NCBI RefSeq assembly: GCF_000018305.1 | Contig: NC_009954.1 | Span: 1,740,001-1,772,000, forward strand | Origin: Caldivirga maquilingensis IC-167 | Lineage (GTDB): Archaea > Thermoproteota > Thermoprotei > Thermoproteales > Thermocladiaceae | DNA length: 32,000 nucleotides | Direction: 5' to 3' | In this document: positions 24,611-32,000 of the stretch, one piece after another | Numbering within the stretch: the first letter of the stretch is position 1 | Layout: each line of letters opens with the position of its first letter | The notes under the pieces: model-generated | What the model saw: only the letters and a program-made list of their open reading frames with translations | What the model was told of the DNA's origin: nothing | Database searches by the model: none | Translations under genes and position numbers: made by a program

Positions 24611-25405
24611 ATGCTTAGGAGAAGAGATGAACACTTAATGGATTATGTAACAGAGGAGTTGGAGAAGGCTGGAGCTAAGTCTGTAGTTATTGATAAGGAT
24701 GATTACTCATACACCATTGTAGCCAGTGTGAATAAGGATGGTTTAGGTAAAATGGTTCTTAAAATAAGCTCAGATTCATCAACAATACCGAGAAGTCACA
24801 TAGTTGACTTACTGATAATGCATAGGGTCTTTAAGGCCAAGCCAATACTGGTGGATGAGAGTAGGAGGAATGAGGAGCTTCAGGACGGTGTCCTTTATGA
24901 ACATTCAGGCATACCTCAACTGAATCCAAGCACCTTTAGGGATTTGCTTAAGGGTAAGCCGTTGCTCTTTAAGAATGAGGGGGGTGTAGTTAAGGTTAGG
25001 ATAAAGGGTTGGTTACTGAGGGAGCTTAGGATGAGGTATGGTTTAAGTCTCGGTGATTTAGCTGAGTTGCTTTCAGTCAGTAGGAAGGCAGTGTATGAGT
25101 ATGAGAGAGGAACCATAGATGTCAGTGCCGAGAAGGCTCAACTACTAATTGAATTATTCGGTGAGGAAATAGTGGATAGTTGGGATTTAAGCGTTAAGGA
25201 TCCTGACCAGAAGATTATGGAGAGGAGGGTGGAGTTGGGTGATGTACTTAACCTTAAGGTTAAGGAATCATACCTACTGGTTCACACACATGGTAAGTAC
25301 GCCACGGTAACGGATAAAGGTAATGTACTCTTAGGTAGTGAGAATAGTAGGGAGGCCGAGGAGGTATCGAGCATACTTGGTGCCCGCTACATTAGAATAC
25401 AGTAA
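24611..25405 (+). CDS. Archaeal HTH (XRE/Cro-C1 type) domain protein, putative transcription regulator
   Basis: 264 aa. The central segment LRELRMRYGLSLGDLAELLSVSRKAVYEYERGTIDVSAEKAQLLIELFG is a clear XRE-type helix-turn-helix. The flanking N- and C-terminal domains were not identified. The architecture resembles conserved archaeal predicted regulators with a mid-protein HTH. Confidence 0.75.
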   Translation: MLRRRDEHLMDYVTEELEKAGAKSVVIDKDDYSYTIVASVNKDGLGKMVLKISSDSSTIPRSHIVDLLIMHRVFKAKPILVDESRRNEELQDGVLYEHSGIPQLNPSTFRDLLKGKPLLFKNEGGVVKVRIKGWLLRELRMRYGLSLGDLAELLSVSRKAVYEYERGTIDVSAEKAQLLIELFGEEIVDSWDLSVKDPDQKIMERRVELGDVLNLKVKESYLLVHTHGKYATVTDKGNVLLGSENSREAEEVSSILGARYIRIQ

Positions 25406-25474
25406 ACTAAGTTACCTACCTGAGTGTGTATAGTTGAGTGAGGCACGGTTATGCGTTTAAACTAGGAATATGCA

Positions 25475-26872
25475 GTGGTTAATGTGGGTAAACTATTCGG
25501 TACCAATGGGGTTAGACTGGAGTTCACTAAGGGTAACTATGACCCAGGTTTCCTAGTTAAGTTAGCAGGGGCTGTGGCAACCTACGTTAATGCTGGTGAT
25601 GTACTACTGGGCTTCGACGTTAGGGTAACAAGCCTACCACTAGTGGGGGTGCTTTATGGAGTATTGTCAATGTATGGTATTAACGTTGATGTAATAGGAC
25701 CATTACCAACCCCAATACACCAGTACTTAACCAAGGCCTGGGGTTATAGGGCCGGCATAATGGTGACTGCCAGTCATAATCCACCACATTACAATGGTAT
25801 TAAGCTAATGGATAGTAATGGTGTTGAAGTAAGCAGGAGGGTTGAGGAGGAGGTGGAGACAATATTCTTCAACGGCAGGTATAAGGAGACTGTGGATTAT
25901 AGGGATATTGGAGCAGTCAGATTCATTAATGTTGAGGAGGGGTTAAGGGATTATAGGGATCATTTACTAAGCATAATTAATGATGAACCAATTAGGCGTA
26001 GGGGATTCAGAATAGTGGCTGACTTCGCCAATAGTGTTAATTCAATAGCCCTCTCATACGTTTTAAGGGGACTTAACGTAAAGGTTTACTCAATCAACGG
26101 CCACCTTGATGGTGAATTCCCAGGTAGGAACCCTGAACCAAGGCCTGAGAACCTTAACGTAGCATCAAGGGCTGTTGTTGAATCCAGCGCCGACTTCGGT
26201 GTTGCCTATGATGGTGATGGTGATAGGTCACTCTTCATTGATGAGAAGGGTAATGTAATATGGGGGGATAGGACAGGTACTATTCTTGCATTATCCATGA
26301 TTAAGAATGGCGATAAGGTTGTTACACCAGTGTCATCAAGCGTGGTTGTTAAGTGGGCTGTGGAGGGGGCTGGTGGTAGGGTTATTTGGACTAGGGTTGG
26401 TTCAGTTGACGTTAGTCATAAGGTTATTGAGGAGGGGGCGTTATGCGGCTTTGAGGATAATGGTGGATTCATATGGCCTAAACACCACCCGGTGAGGGAT
26501 GGTGTATCAACAACGTTACTAATGATGAAAGTCCTATCTGAGGAAAAGGCTAAGTTATCTGAGCTTAATGCGAGAATGCCAGCAATGTTAACTGCAAGGG
26601 AGAGAATGGAGATGAGTAGGGATCTTGCAGGAAAGATCGTTGAGGCACTTAAGGGTAGGAATTGGGGTGGTGAAGTCATTACCATAGATGGACTCAGGGT
26701 TAATTACACGGACTCCTGGTTCCTAGTAAGGCCAAGCGGCACTGAGAATCTACTCAGGGTGGTAATTGAAGCATCAAGTAGTGACAGATTCAATACCCTT
26801 AGGCATGAGGTAATGAACAGTATAGAGAAGGAACTTAAGAAATACAGCGGAGTAACATCAAACACAGAGTAA
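25475..26872 (+). CDS. Alpha-D-phosphohexomutase (phosphoglucosamine mutase / phosphomannomutase / phosphoglucomutase)
   Basis: 465 aa. Contains LFGTNGVR, TASHNPPHYNGIKL (phosphoserine loop), AYDGDGDRS (Mg loop), GFEDNGG (sugar loop) and RPSGTENLLRV (phosphate loop). An A/T box at 25455-25462 favours the second GTG at 25484 (MGKLFGTNG) as the real start. Confidence 0.9.
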   Translation: MVNVGKLFGTNGVRLEFTKGNYDPGFLVKLAGAVATYVNAGDVLLGFDVRVTSLPLVGVLYGVLSMYGINVDVIGPLPTPIHQYLTKAWGYRAGIMVTASHNPPHYNGIKLMDSNGVEVSRRVEEEVETIFFNGRYKETVDYRDIGAVRFINVEEGLRDYRDHLLSIINDEPIRRRGFRIVADFANSVNSIALSYVLRGLNVKVYSINGHLDGEFPGRNPEPRPENLNVASRAVVESSADFGVAYDGDGDRSLFIDEKGNVIWGDRTGTILALSMIKNGDKVVTPVSSSVVVKWAVEGAGGRVIWTRVGSVDVSHKVIEEGALCGFEDNGGFIWPKHHPVRDGVSTTLLMMKVLSEEKAKLSELNARMPAMLTARERMEMSRDLAGKIVEALKGRNWGGEVITIDGLRVNYTDSWFLVRPSGTENLLRVVIEASSSDRFNTLRHEVMNSIEKELKKYSGVTSNTE

Positions 26873-26960
26873 TTAAGCATTAACAACTTAAGCACCTAAA
26901 GATACTTAAGTTAACTCACTGTGCCGAAAACCTTTAAAAGCTATATGAATTATTTAATTA

Positions 26961-27524
26961 ATGAGCTTTGATTCAGCTAAGGTATTAGCCGGTGTAGGTG
27001 CATTATTAGCTGGAATAGGCATATTTGGTTACGTTATACCGTCAATAATTGGTTTAATACTATTCCTAGTGGGTATGGTGGAGTTAGCCAACTACTTTAA
27101 TGACAGTAGGTTAAAATCAGATGTAATGAATTGGTTCATATTCGGGTTAATAGCATTAATAGTATTGGCTATCGGTGTTTTCCTAGCAGTAATACCCGTC
27201 ACGTTATCGTTCAGTGGGATGCACGTTAATTACCCAATGATACCCTACCATCCCTACCACCCGTTTTTAGCCGGTTTGCTAATAATCATGGTGGTGGTTA
27301 TCATAACTGCGGTGTTCTTCCTATTATCTGCAATCTACCTGCGTAGAGCGATGAGCAATATGAGCTCACGTACCGGTGAAAAGTTATTTGAGTCAGGGGG
27401 CTTAATATACTTAATCGGTGCTGTTTTAACCTTCATAATAATTGGTGTATTAATAATACTAGTGGCTTGGATAATAATAGGTGTAGCATTGCTAAGTATC
27501 AAGGAACCCGGCAGGAATCCTTAA
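26961..27524 (+). CDS. Integral membrane protein (4-5 TM; DUF996-like archaeal membrane protein)
   Basis: 187 aa and very hydrophobic. There is a short cytoplasmic loop (YLRRAMSNMSSRTGEKLFESGG) before the last helix. An A/T box at 26931-26941 is centred 25 nt upstream of the ATG. The family assignment is tentative. Confidence 0.55.
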   Translation: MSFDSAKVLAGVGALLAGIGIFGYVIPSIIGLILFLVGMVELANYFNDSRLKSDVMNWFIFGLIALIVLAIGVFLAVIPVTLSFSGMHVNYPMIPYHPYHPFLAGLLIIMVVVIITAVFFLLSAIYLRRAMSNMSSRTGEKLFESGGLIYLIGAVLTFIIIGVLIILVAWIIIGVALLSIKEPGRNP

Positions 27525-28489
27525 GTAAACGGATTTAAGGATGCCTCATACCACCTCCTCACAATTATGCTTCTCAATTGATGTGGAAGTAAGGCCACTA
27601 GGTAATACTTAAGCATACGTGTATTTAAATTCCTTAGGCTTAACTCACCATGCCCATTAAAGATCCTGGCAACAGCAGCATACATGCCCTTTTCCATACA
27701 TGCATACTTCTCAAACCTACTACCTTTAACCATTTCACATACTACGGCGTAATCATGAATAACCCTATTAAGCAGCATTCTCATTGACTCAACGTAGTTA
27801 TTAAATGTGGCAAGCTGACCCCTACTGACATTACCTTCATGAACCCTATACCTAGTTAACCTTTCAGGTATTAGTAATGCTAAGCCACCATTAAGTGCAG
27901 CGCTGTAGTAGAGTATTGCATCTGAGACTACGCTAATTTGATTCACATAATGCTTAACGTTCATTAATGCCTCTCTTCTAATAGATATTGAACTAGCGTT
28001 AAAGGCCGCACCAGCCCAAAGCCATCTACTGAATTCACCATCATTGCTTAGGTTAAACATTACCTGCTGATTAACCTGGGTGCAAGGCTTAACGTAAGGT
28101 GGTATCTTAAAATAATGCCTCACCTTCCTCACCTCCATACCACTACTGGTAATGCATGAGATTGAGTTGTGAACATAAGTTAATTCACTAATATTGTCGA
28201 ATAACTTACTCACTATGAATACTTTATTCGCTGTGAATTCATCGTCATCGTCAAGGAACATTATAACATCACCCATAGCCTCTTCAACAGCTTCAGTAAT
28301 CTTCCTGCCTAAGTGAGGAGAATCATCATCAATAACCTTAATTGAACCCTCAGGCAGCTTTACTTCAGGGCTCTTAACAACAATAACCTCATCAGGTTGC
28401 CTACTCTGGGCTCTAATGGACTTAATAGCCAGAGGAAGGTAAATCCACCTCCTATAACATGTTACTACTACTGTTACCTTAATCCCCAT
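27521..28489 (-). CDS. Glycosyltransferase family 2
   Basis: Contains VTVVVTCYRRWIYLPLAIKSIRAQS (GT-A N-terminal strand and helix) and the FLDDDDEF DxD motif. The track start is TTG 28561. I prefer ATG 28489 (MGIKVTVVV...), which puts the first beta strand at the N-terminus as is usual for GT2. Confidence 0.8.
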   Translation of the reverse strand: MGIKVTVVVTCYRRWIYLPLAIKSIRAQSRQPDEVIVVKSPEVKLPEGSIKVIDDDSPHLGRKITEAVEEAMGDVIMFLDDDDEFTANKVFIVSKLFDNISELTYVHNSISCITSSGMEVRKVRHYFKIPPYVKPCTQVNQQVMFNLSNDGEFSRWLWAGAAFNASSISIRREALMNVKHYVNQISVVSDAILYYSAALNGGLALLIPERLTRYRVHEGNVSRGQLATFNNYVESMRMLLNRVIHDYAVVCEMVKGSRFEKYACMEKGMYAAVARIFNGHGELSLRNLNTRMLKYYLVALLPHQLRSIIVRRWYEASLNPFT

Positions 28490-28648
28490 TAATACCCTAG
28501 GCTTAATTCCCCATTGAATTAAAGGATTATTATACGGCGGGCATGGCTTGAGGTGATTCAAGTACCCTTGTATGTGTTCTAAGTAATAAGTACATTATCA
28601 TGATTATGTAAAACTTGTAAATTAGTAGGAATCATGAAAAGTAATAAA

Positions 28649-29113
28649 TTACTTAACCTGCATTAGCCTTTTCTCAAGCTTGGTAATTAACTTAGCCATA
28701 ATTCCCTTAGCGGCCTCATCATCAATAACTCTACTTGTGCTATCTCTGCATGCACCGGCGCATAAGTACTCACGGATTAGTAACACTAATGCTGTTAATT
28801 CCATTAATTCAGGATCCCTATTCCTTAAATGCTCAGTAATGGTCATCATTAGTTTAATAGGCATCGTGGCTATTATTAATTCACTAGTGTTAACCTCAAT
28901 ATTACCTCTAATTCTCTTGAAGCCTCTTACCTTAATTAAATCACTGTTAATGCTGGCTAGATATGATAAGTAAGCCCGCCATGCTTGAATAGTATTAAAT
29001 GCCGCACTCCTTAATAAGCCGGATCTTAGGAAAACCTTAGCTAGCTCTAATTCTATCCTGCTCTCATTTAATCTTAGCTCACTAATTTCGTTAATATTTA
29101 AGTGAACTCGCAT
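28649..29113 (-). CDS. PaREP1-family protein (archaeal helical-bundle, HEPN-like fold family)
   Basis: 154 aa and predicted all-helical. ELELAKVFLRSGLLRSAAFNTIQAWRAYLSYLA matches the PaREP1 N-terminal signature as I recall it (A-x-x-F-L-x-x-G-L-x-R-x-A-A-x-x-x-x-Q-A-W-[KR]-A). No Rx4-6H nuclease motif is present. Confidence 0.5.
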   Translation of the reverse strand: MRVHLNINEISELRLNESRIELELAKVFLRSGLLRSAAFNTIQAWRAYLSYLASINSDLIKVRGFKRIRGNIEVNTSELIIATMPIKLMMTITEHLRNRDPELMELTALVLLIREYLCAGACRDSTSRVIDDEAAKGIMAKLITKLEKRLMQVK

Positions 29114-29351
29114 AGGTTGCTATTACTACTGGTATTTATACCAATTTCTTAATTAATTTAAGATAAGGAACCGTTATTAGTGGATGCTCAGTAATCGAGG
29201 TTTAAAGATAATGTAAAAACTATGGAAACACACGATACATGATTTAGGTATATAGTATATTTATAAATATTGACTATCACGTTATGGTTACACCAGCAGC
29301 ACCGAAAGCTATATAAAACCTTACTTGAATGATGCATTTGAGGTGAACAAA

Positions 29352-29558
29352 ATGAACATAAAGGCATCAGTACGAACCATGAGTAGTTTGTTAAGTGTAG
29401 GGAAGGCCAGCGGGATAGGTAATGTTGATTCCGCGGTGAATAATAGAGAATATGAATCATTAAGAGACAGGGTTAATGATGTAGTAATAATACCGGGTTT
29501 TAATGGCCCAATAGTATTGGTTTACGATAAGAGAAGCGGGACATATAGGTTAGTTTAA
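29352..29558 (+). CDS. Small hypothetical protein (68 aa), weakly supported
   Basis: The track ORF 29325..29558 begins at a TTG. A strong A/T box (CTATATAAAAC, 29308-29318) lies upstream. GTG 29343 or ATG 29352 are better-placed starts. The C-terminus (VVIIPGFNGPIVLVYDKRSGTYRLV) looks like genuine beta-strand protein sequence. I recognise no homology. Confidence 0.3.
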   Translation: MNIKASVRTMSSLLSVGKASGIGNVDSAVNNREYESLRDRVNDVVIIPGFNGPIVLVYDKRSGTYRLV

Positions 29559-29628
29559 TCTCCTTCATTATCCTTAAAGGTCCGAGACTTTAAGTACGTT
29601 ATGCAATTCAATTGCCCCTAGTTTAATG

Positions 29629-29638
29629 CTTAAATATT
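29629..29638 (+). promoter_or_regulatory. A/T-box promoter element for the GH31 alpha-glucosidase gene
   Basis: CTTAAATATT, centred about 26 nt upstream of ATG 29660. Confidence 0.5.
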
Positions 29639-29659
29639 GCAACCAATGGTACCGATTTA

Positions 29660-31891
29660 ATGGAATTTTCAATGAAAGTAAGCCTAATAAACGATGATGC
29701 ATTAAAGGTAAGTATAATTAAAAGCGGCAGTAGGTACCGGGAATCCCCTGCTGTTGTTGTTAAGCCGAGTGTTGAATTAGTAAGTGGTGAGAATAGGCTT
29801 GGTCCATGGCTTGTTAAGGTTGCTGAAGATTCCATTAATGTAAGTGTAAATAACATGAATGCAACATTAAGGTTCAGTTATAGTAATGATCAAATAATAG
29901 TGAGGGGTAATTTAGGCCTCAATGATGCAGTTTATGGACTTGGTGAAAAGGCGTTACCATTGAATAGGAAAAGGTTCAGGGTAACCATGTGGAACACTGA
30001 CGCCTATGGGTACAGGTATGGTTCAGATCCACTGTATGTATCAATACCGTTCTTCATAATTACTAATAAGAATGGGGCAATAGGCCACTTCGCTGATTCC
30101 ACGGCTAAGGTAATTATTGATCTTGGTGCAGAGAAGGAGGATGAGTTCACGGTTATTGTGAATGATTATCAACTGGATTACTACATTATTAGGGGGCCTA
30201 GGCTTAAGGATGTGGTTACTAGGTTCATTAACTTAACAGGTAAACCCACCTTAATGCCTAAATGGGCGCTTGGGCATCAGCAAAGTAGGTACAGTTACTA
30301 CCCCCAGGATAGGGTTATTGAGATTATTAAGACCTTTAAGGAGAAGGAACTGGATAACACTGTTGTATACCTTGATATACATTACATGGATGGCTACAGA
30401 ATATTCACCTGGAGTAAGGATAGGTTCCCTAATCCCACTGAATTAGCTAAGGCGGCTCATGAACTTGGTGTTAAATTAGTAACCATAGTGGATCCGTATG
30501 TTAAAGTTGATCCAAATTACTACGTGTTTAAGGAGGGTATTAATGGTAATCACCTGTCGCTTGATGATGATGGTGGATTATCCATAGTTCAGGGTTGGCC
30601 AGGTAAATCAGCATTACCGGACTTCTTTAATAAGGAGGCTAGGGAGTGGTGGGCTAGTCTCATTGAGCGTTGGGTTAGGGAGTATGGTGTTGACGGTATT
30701 TGGCTAGACATGAATGAACCAGCGGCCTTCGATTATCCCAATCACACTGTTTCAAGTAAAGTAATAACTCATAGACTTGATGATGATTCAAGGGTGCCTC
30801 ATGACTTCCTCCACAACGCCTATGCGCTATATGAGGCTATGGCAACATATGATGGCTTAGTTAAGGCGGGTAGAAGACCATTCGTATTATCCAGGGCCGG
30901 TTACGCCGGTATCCAGAGGTATGCGGCAGTTTGGACTGGTGATAATACCAGTAATTGGGAACACTTGAGACTGCAATTGCAGATACTCCTGGGTTTAAGT
31001 ATATCAGGTGTCACATTCATTGGCGCTGATGTAGGTGGCTTTGCAAAATATGTTCCAGGGAGTGGTGGAAATGTTTTGTTTACTTTAAGTCCTGAACTAC
31101 TGGTTAGGTGGTATGAGTGGGCTATTTTCTTCCCACTGCTGAGGAACCATGCCTCAATTGGGTCACCTGACCAGGAACCCTGGGCCTTTGGGCCAAGAAC
31201 ACTTGAATTAATTAAGAATCTTCTGAGGCTCAGGGCTAGGTTAACCCCATACTTATACTCATTAATGTGGCTTAGCCACATTAATGGTGAACCAATAGTT
31301 AGGCCATTGATATACGAGTACCCTAATGATGAGGAGGTTATTAATATTGATGATGAATTCATGCTTGGGCCATTCATGCTAATAGCACCAATGTTAACCA
31401 GTGGTAATGCCAGGGAGGTTTACTTACCTGAGGGGGAATGGGTTAATATGTGGAGTGGTGAGGTGCTTAACAAGGGATTCCACATTGTTGATGCACCACT
31501 TGGTAAGCCACCAGTATTCCTTAGGAGGGGTTCACTGATACCTGTACAGGAGACTCAGGGTGTTTTAGGCGTGCTGACGGTATTGGGTGAGGGGGAATTC
31601 ACTGTTTACGATGATGATGGTGAATCATCATCACCAACACCATCAACATTAAGCCTAAGGATTAGTGGTGAATCAATTACAGTAGGTAATTGGATTAATC
31701 CAATGCCTCAATCACCATCATCAATAATACTTGAGGCCTATGTTAATAAGGAACCAGGTAAAGTAACTATTAATGATACTGAGGTGGCTAAGGCTAAGTT
31801 CAATATTGAACCAGGTCCACCATCATGGTACATGGATAAGCTACTCTACATTAGAGCGGCAACTGGGAGTAATGTTAAAATAATTAATTAA
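29660..31891 (+). CDS. Glycoside hydrolase family 31 alpha-glucosidase (MalA-like; alpha-xylosidase not excluded)
   Basis: 743 aa. Contains VYGLGEK, WNTD, PKWALGHQQSRYSY, DGIWLDMNEPA (catalytic nucleophile Asp), AVWTGDNTSNW, GADVGGF and FFPLLRNH, which is the classical GH31 motif series. An A/T box at 29629-29638 is centred 26 nt upstream of the ATG. Confidence 0.9.
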   Translation: MEFSMKVSLINDDALKVSIIKSGSRYRESPAVVVKPSVELVSGENRLGPWLVKVAEDSINVSVNNMNATLRFSYSNDQIIVRGNLGLNDAVYGLGEKALPLNRKRFRVTMWNTDAYGYRYGSDPLYVSIPFFIITNKNGAIGHFADSTAKVIIDLGAEKEDEFTVIVNDYQLDYYIIRGPRLKDVVTRFINLTGKPTLMPKWALGHQQSRYSYYPQDRVIEIIKTFKEKELDNTVVYLDIHYMDGYRIFTWSKDRFPNPTELAKAAHELGVKLVTIVDPYVKVDPNYYVFKEGINGNHLSLDDDGGLSIVQGWPGKSALPDFFNKEAREWWASLIERWVREYGVDGIWLDMNEPAAFDYPNHTVSSKVITHRLDDDSRVPHDFLHNAYALYEAMATYDGLVKAGRRPFVLSRAGYAGIQRYAAVWTGDNTSNWEHLRLQLQILLGLSISGVTFIGADVGGFAKYVPGSGGNVLFTLSPELLVRWYEWAIFFPLLRNHASIGSPDQEPWAFGPRTLELIKNLLRLRARLTPYLYSLMWLSHINGEPIVRPLIYEYPNDEEVINIDDEFMLGPFMLIAPMLTSGNAREVYLPEGEWVNMWSGEVLNKGFHIVDAPLGKPPVFLRRGSLIPVQETQGVLGVLTVLGEGEFTVYDDDGESSSPTPSTLSLRISGESITVGNWINPMPQSPSSIILEAYVNKEPGKVTINDTEVAKAKFNIEPGPPSWYMDKLLYIRAATGSNVKIIN

Positions 31892-32000
31892 GCGTACTTA
31901 ACCCAATGTTTCCTTGCCGCAATCACAAGTACTATTACTACTGCAATTAAGGCTAAGGCAAGGTAGTCAATGTACCTTGACACTAGGGTTAACCCGGTCT
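31888..32000 (-). CDS. C-terminal end of a protein with a C-terminal transmembrane anchor (gene runs off the right edge)
   Basis: My own minus-strand translation gives ...TGLTLVSRYIDYLALALIAVVIVLVIAARKHWVKYA* with the stop at 31890..31888. A hydrophobic helix followed by basic residues is typical of C-terminally anchored crenarchaeal surface or solute-binding proteins. Only 37 codons are visible. Confidence 0.35.
   Translation of the reverse strand, partial: TGLTLVSRYIDYLALALIAVVIVLVIAARKHWVKYA

Noticed and set aside
28649-29113. Possibility that the PaREP1-like protein is an active HEPN RNase toxin
   Set aside because: I searched the 154-aa sequence for the HEPN Rx4-6H catalytic motif. The only two histidines (MRVH, TEHLRN) are not preceded by Arg at that spacing, so no nuclease or toxin call is justified.
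29325-29351. TTG-initiated N-terminal extension of the 77-aa ORF
   Set aside because: The TTG lies only about 10 nt downstream of the A/T box centre, so it would be upstream of the expected transcription start. GTG 29343 or ATG 29352 fit the promoter geometry.
29188-29460. 90-aa minus-strand ORF in the PaREP1-GH31 spacer
   Set aside because: The translation is Cys/His/Ser/Tyr-rich and low-complexity, typical of AT-rich noise. There is no upstream A/T box at leaderless distance. It overlaps the better-supported plus-strand mini-ORF, which is itself still weak.
6954-31377. Remaining short overlapping ORFs (6954..7214, 7694..7957, 10430..10738, 12119..12448, 12439..12690, 12718..12918, 13906..14169, 14837..15112, 15227..15436, 15461..15652, 17874..18056, 18272..18460, 18570..18830, 19918..20103, 20141..20410, 20941..21213, 22182..22433, 22737..22952, 23039..23398, 24080..24433, 24916..25116, 26307..26495, 26416..26685, 26704..26895, 28680..28973, 29623..29856, 30901..31377)
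   Set aside because: Each is nested in, or antisense to, a longer ORF with clear homology-type motifs. None has an appropriately spaced A/T box or SD motif, and the translations look like typical antisense-frame artefacts.

Overview
This is a compact, roughly 90% coding, moderately AT-rich archaeal chromosome segment. It most likely comes from a crenarchaeon of the Thermoproteales type (Caldivirga/Vulcanisaeta-like); that is inference, not a database match. Four things support it. A/T-box (TATA) promoters sit 24-28 nt upstream of most first-gene start codons, implying leaderless mRNAs. GGTGA/GGTGG Shine-Dalgarno-like motifs appear only in front of internal operon genes. There is a PaREP1-family gene and a LysW-pathway lysK-type M20 hydrolase. 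The cytochrome bd operon has a second subunit that looks like a CydA paralogue.

I support about 32 protein-coding genes. They cover five areas:
- Central metabolism: ahcY, moaA, mdh, pyrB, lysK-like, a phosphohexomutase, RNase Z, and two MDR dehydrogenases.
- Peptidases: M19, S66, an M16 pair, and M20.
- Transporters: MFS and CDF.
- A quinone-linked respiratory group: an SQR-like flavoprotein, a QOR-like MDR, and cytochrome bd.
- Sugar-related genes: GH31 alpha-glucosidase, GT2, a BadF-type sugar kinase, and a DUF871/MupG-like protein.

I found no rRNA, tRNA, CRISPR array, transposase, integrase or obvious defence island. The window is mostly housekeeping.

The items most worth a second look are:
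1. A PRC-barrel plus long coiled-coil protein with CdvA-like architecture.
2. A bacterial-style set resembling cell-wall-fragment recycling: an LD-carboxypeptidase next to a BadF/NagK-type kinase, a MupG-like DUF871 protein, and an M19 dipeptidase.
3. A purine-type phosphoribosyltransferase with a winged-helix-like C-terminal extension, sitting where pyrI would normally follow pyrB.
4. A single-cysteine SQR-like flavoprotein converging on a CydA/CydA'-type bd oxidase.
5. A divergent intergenic region dense in inverted repeats.

All family calls come from motif recognition by eye. No searches were run.
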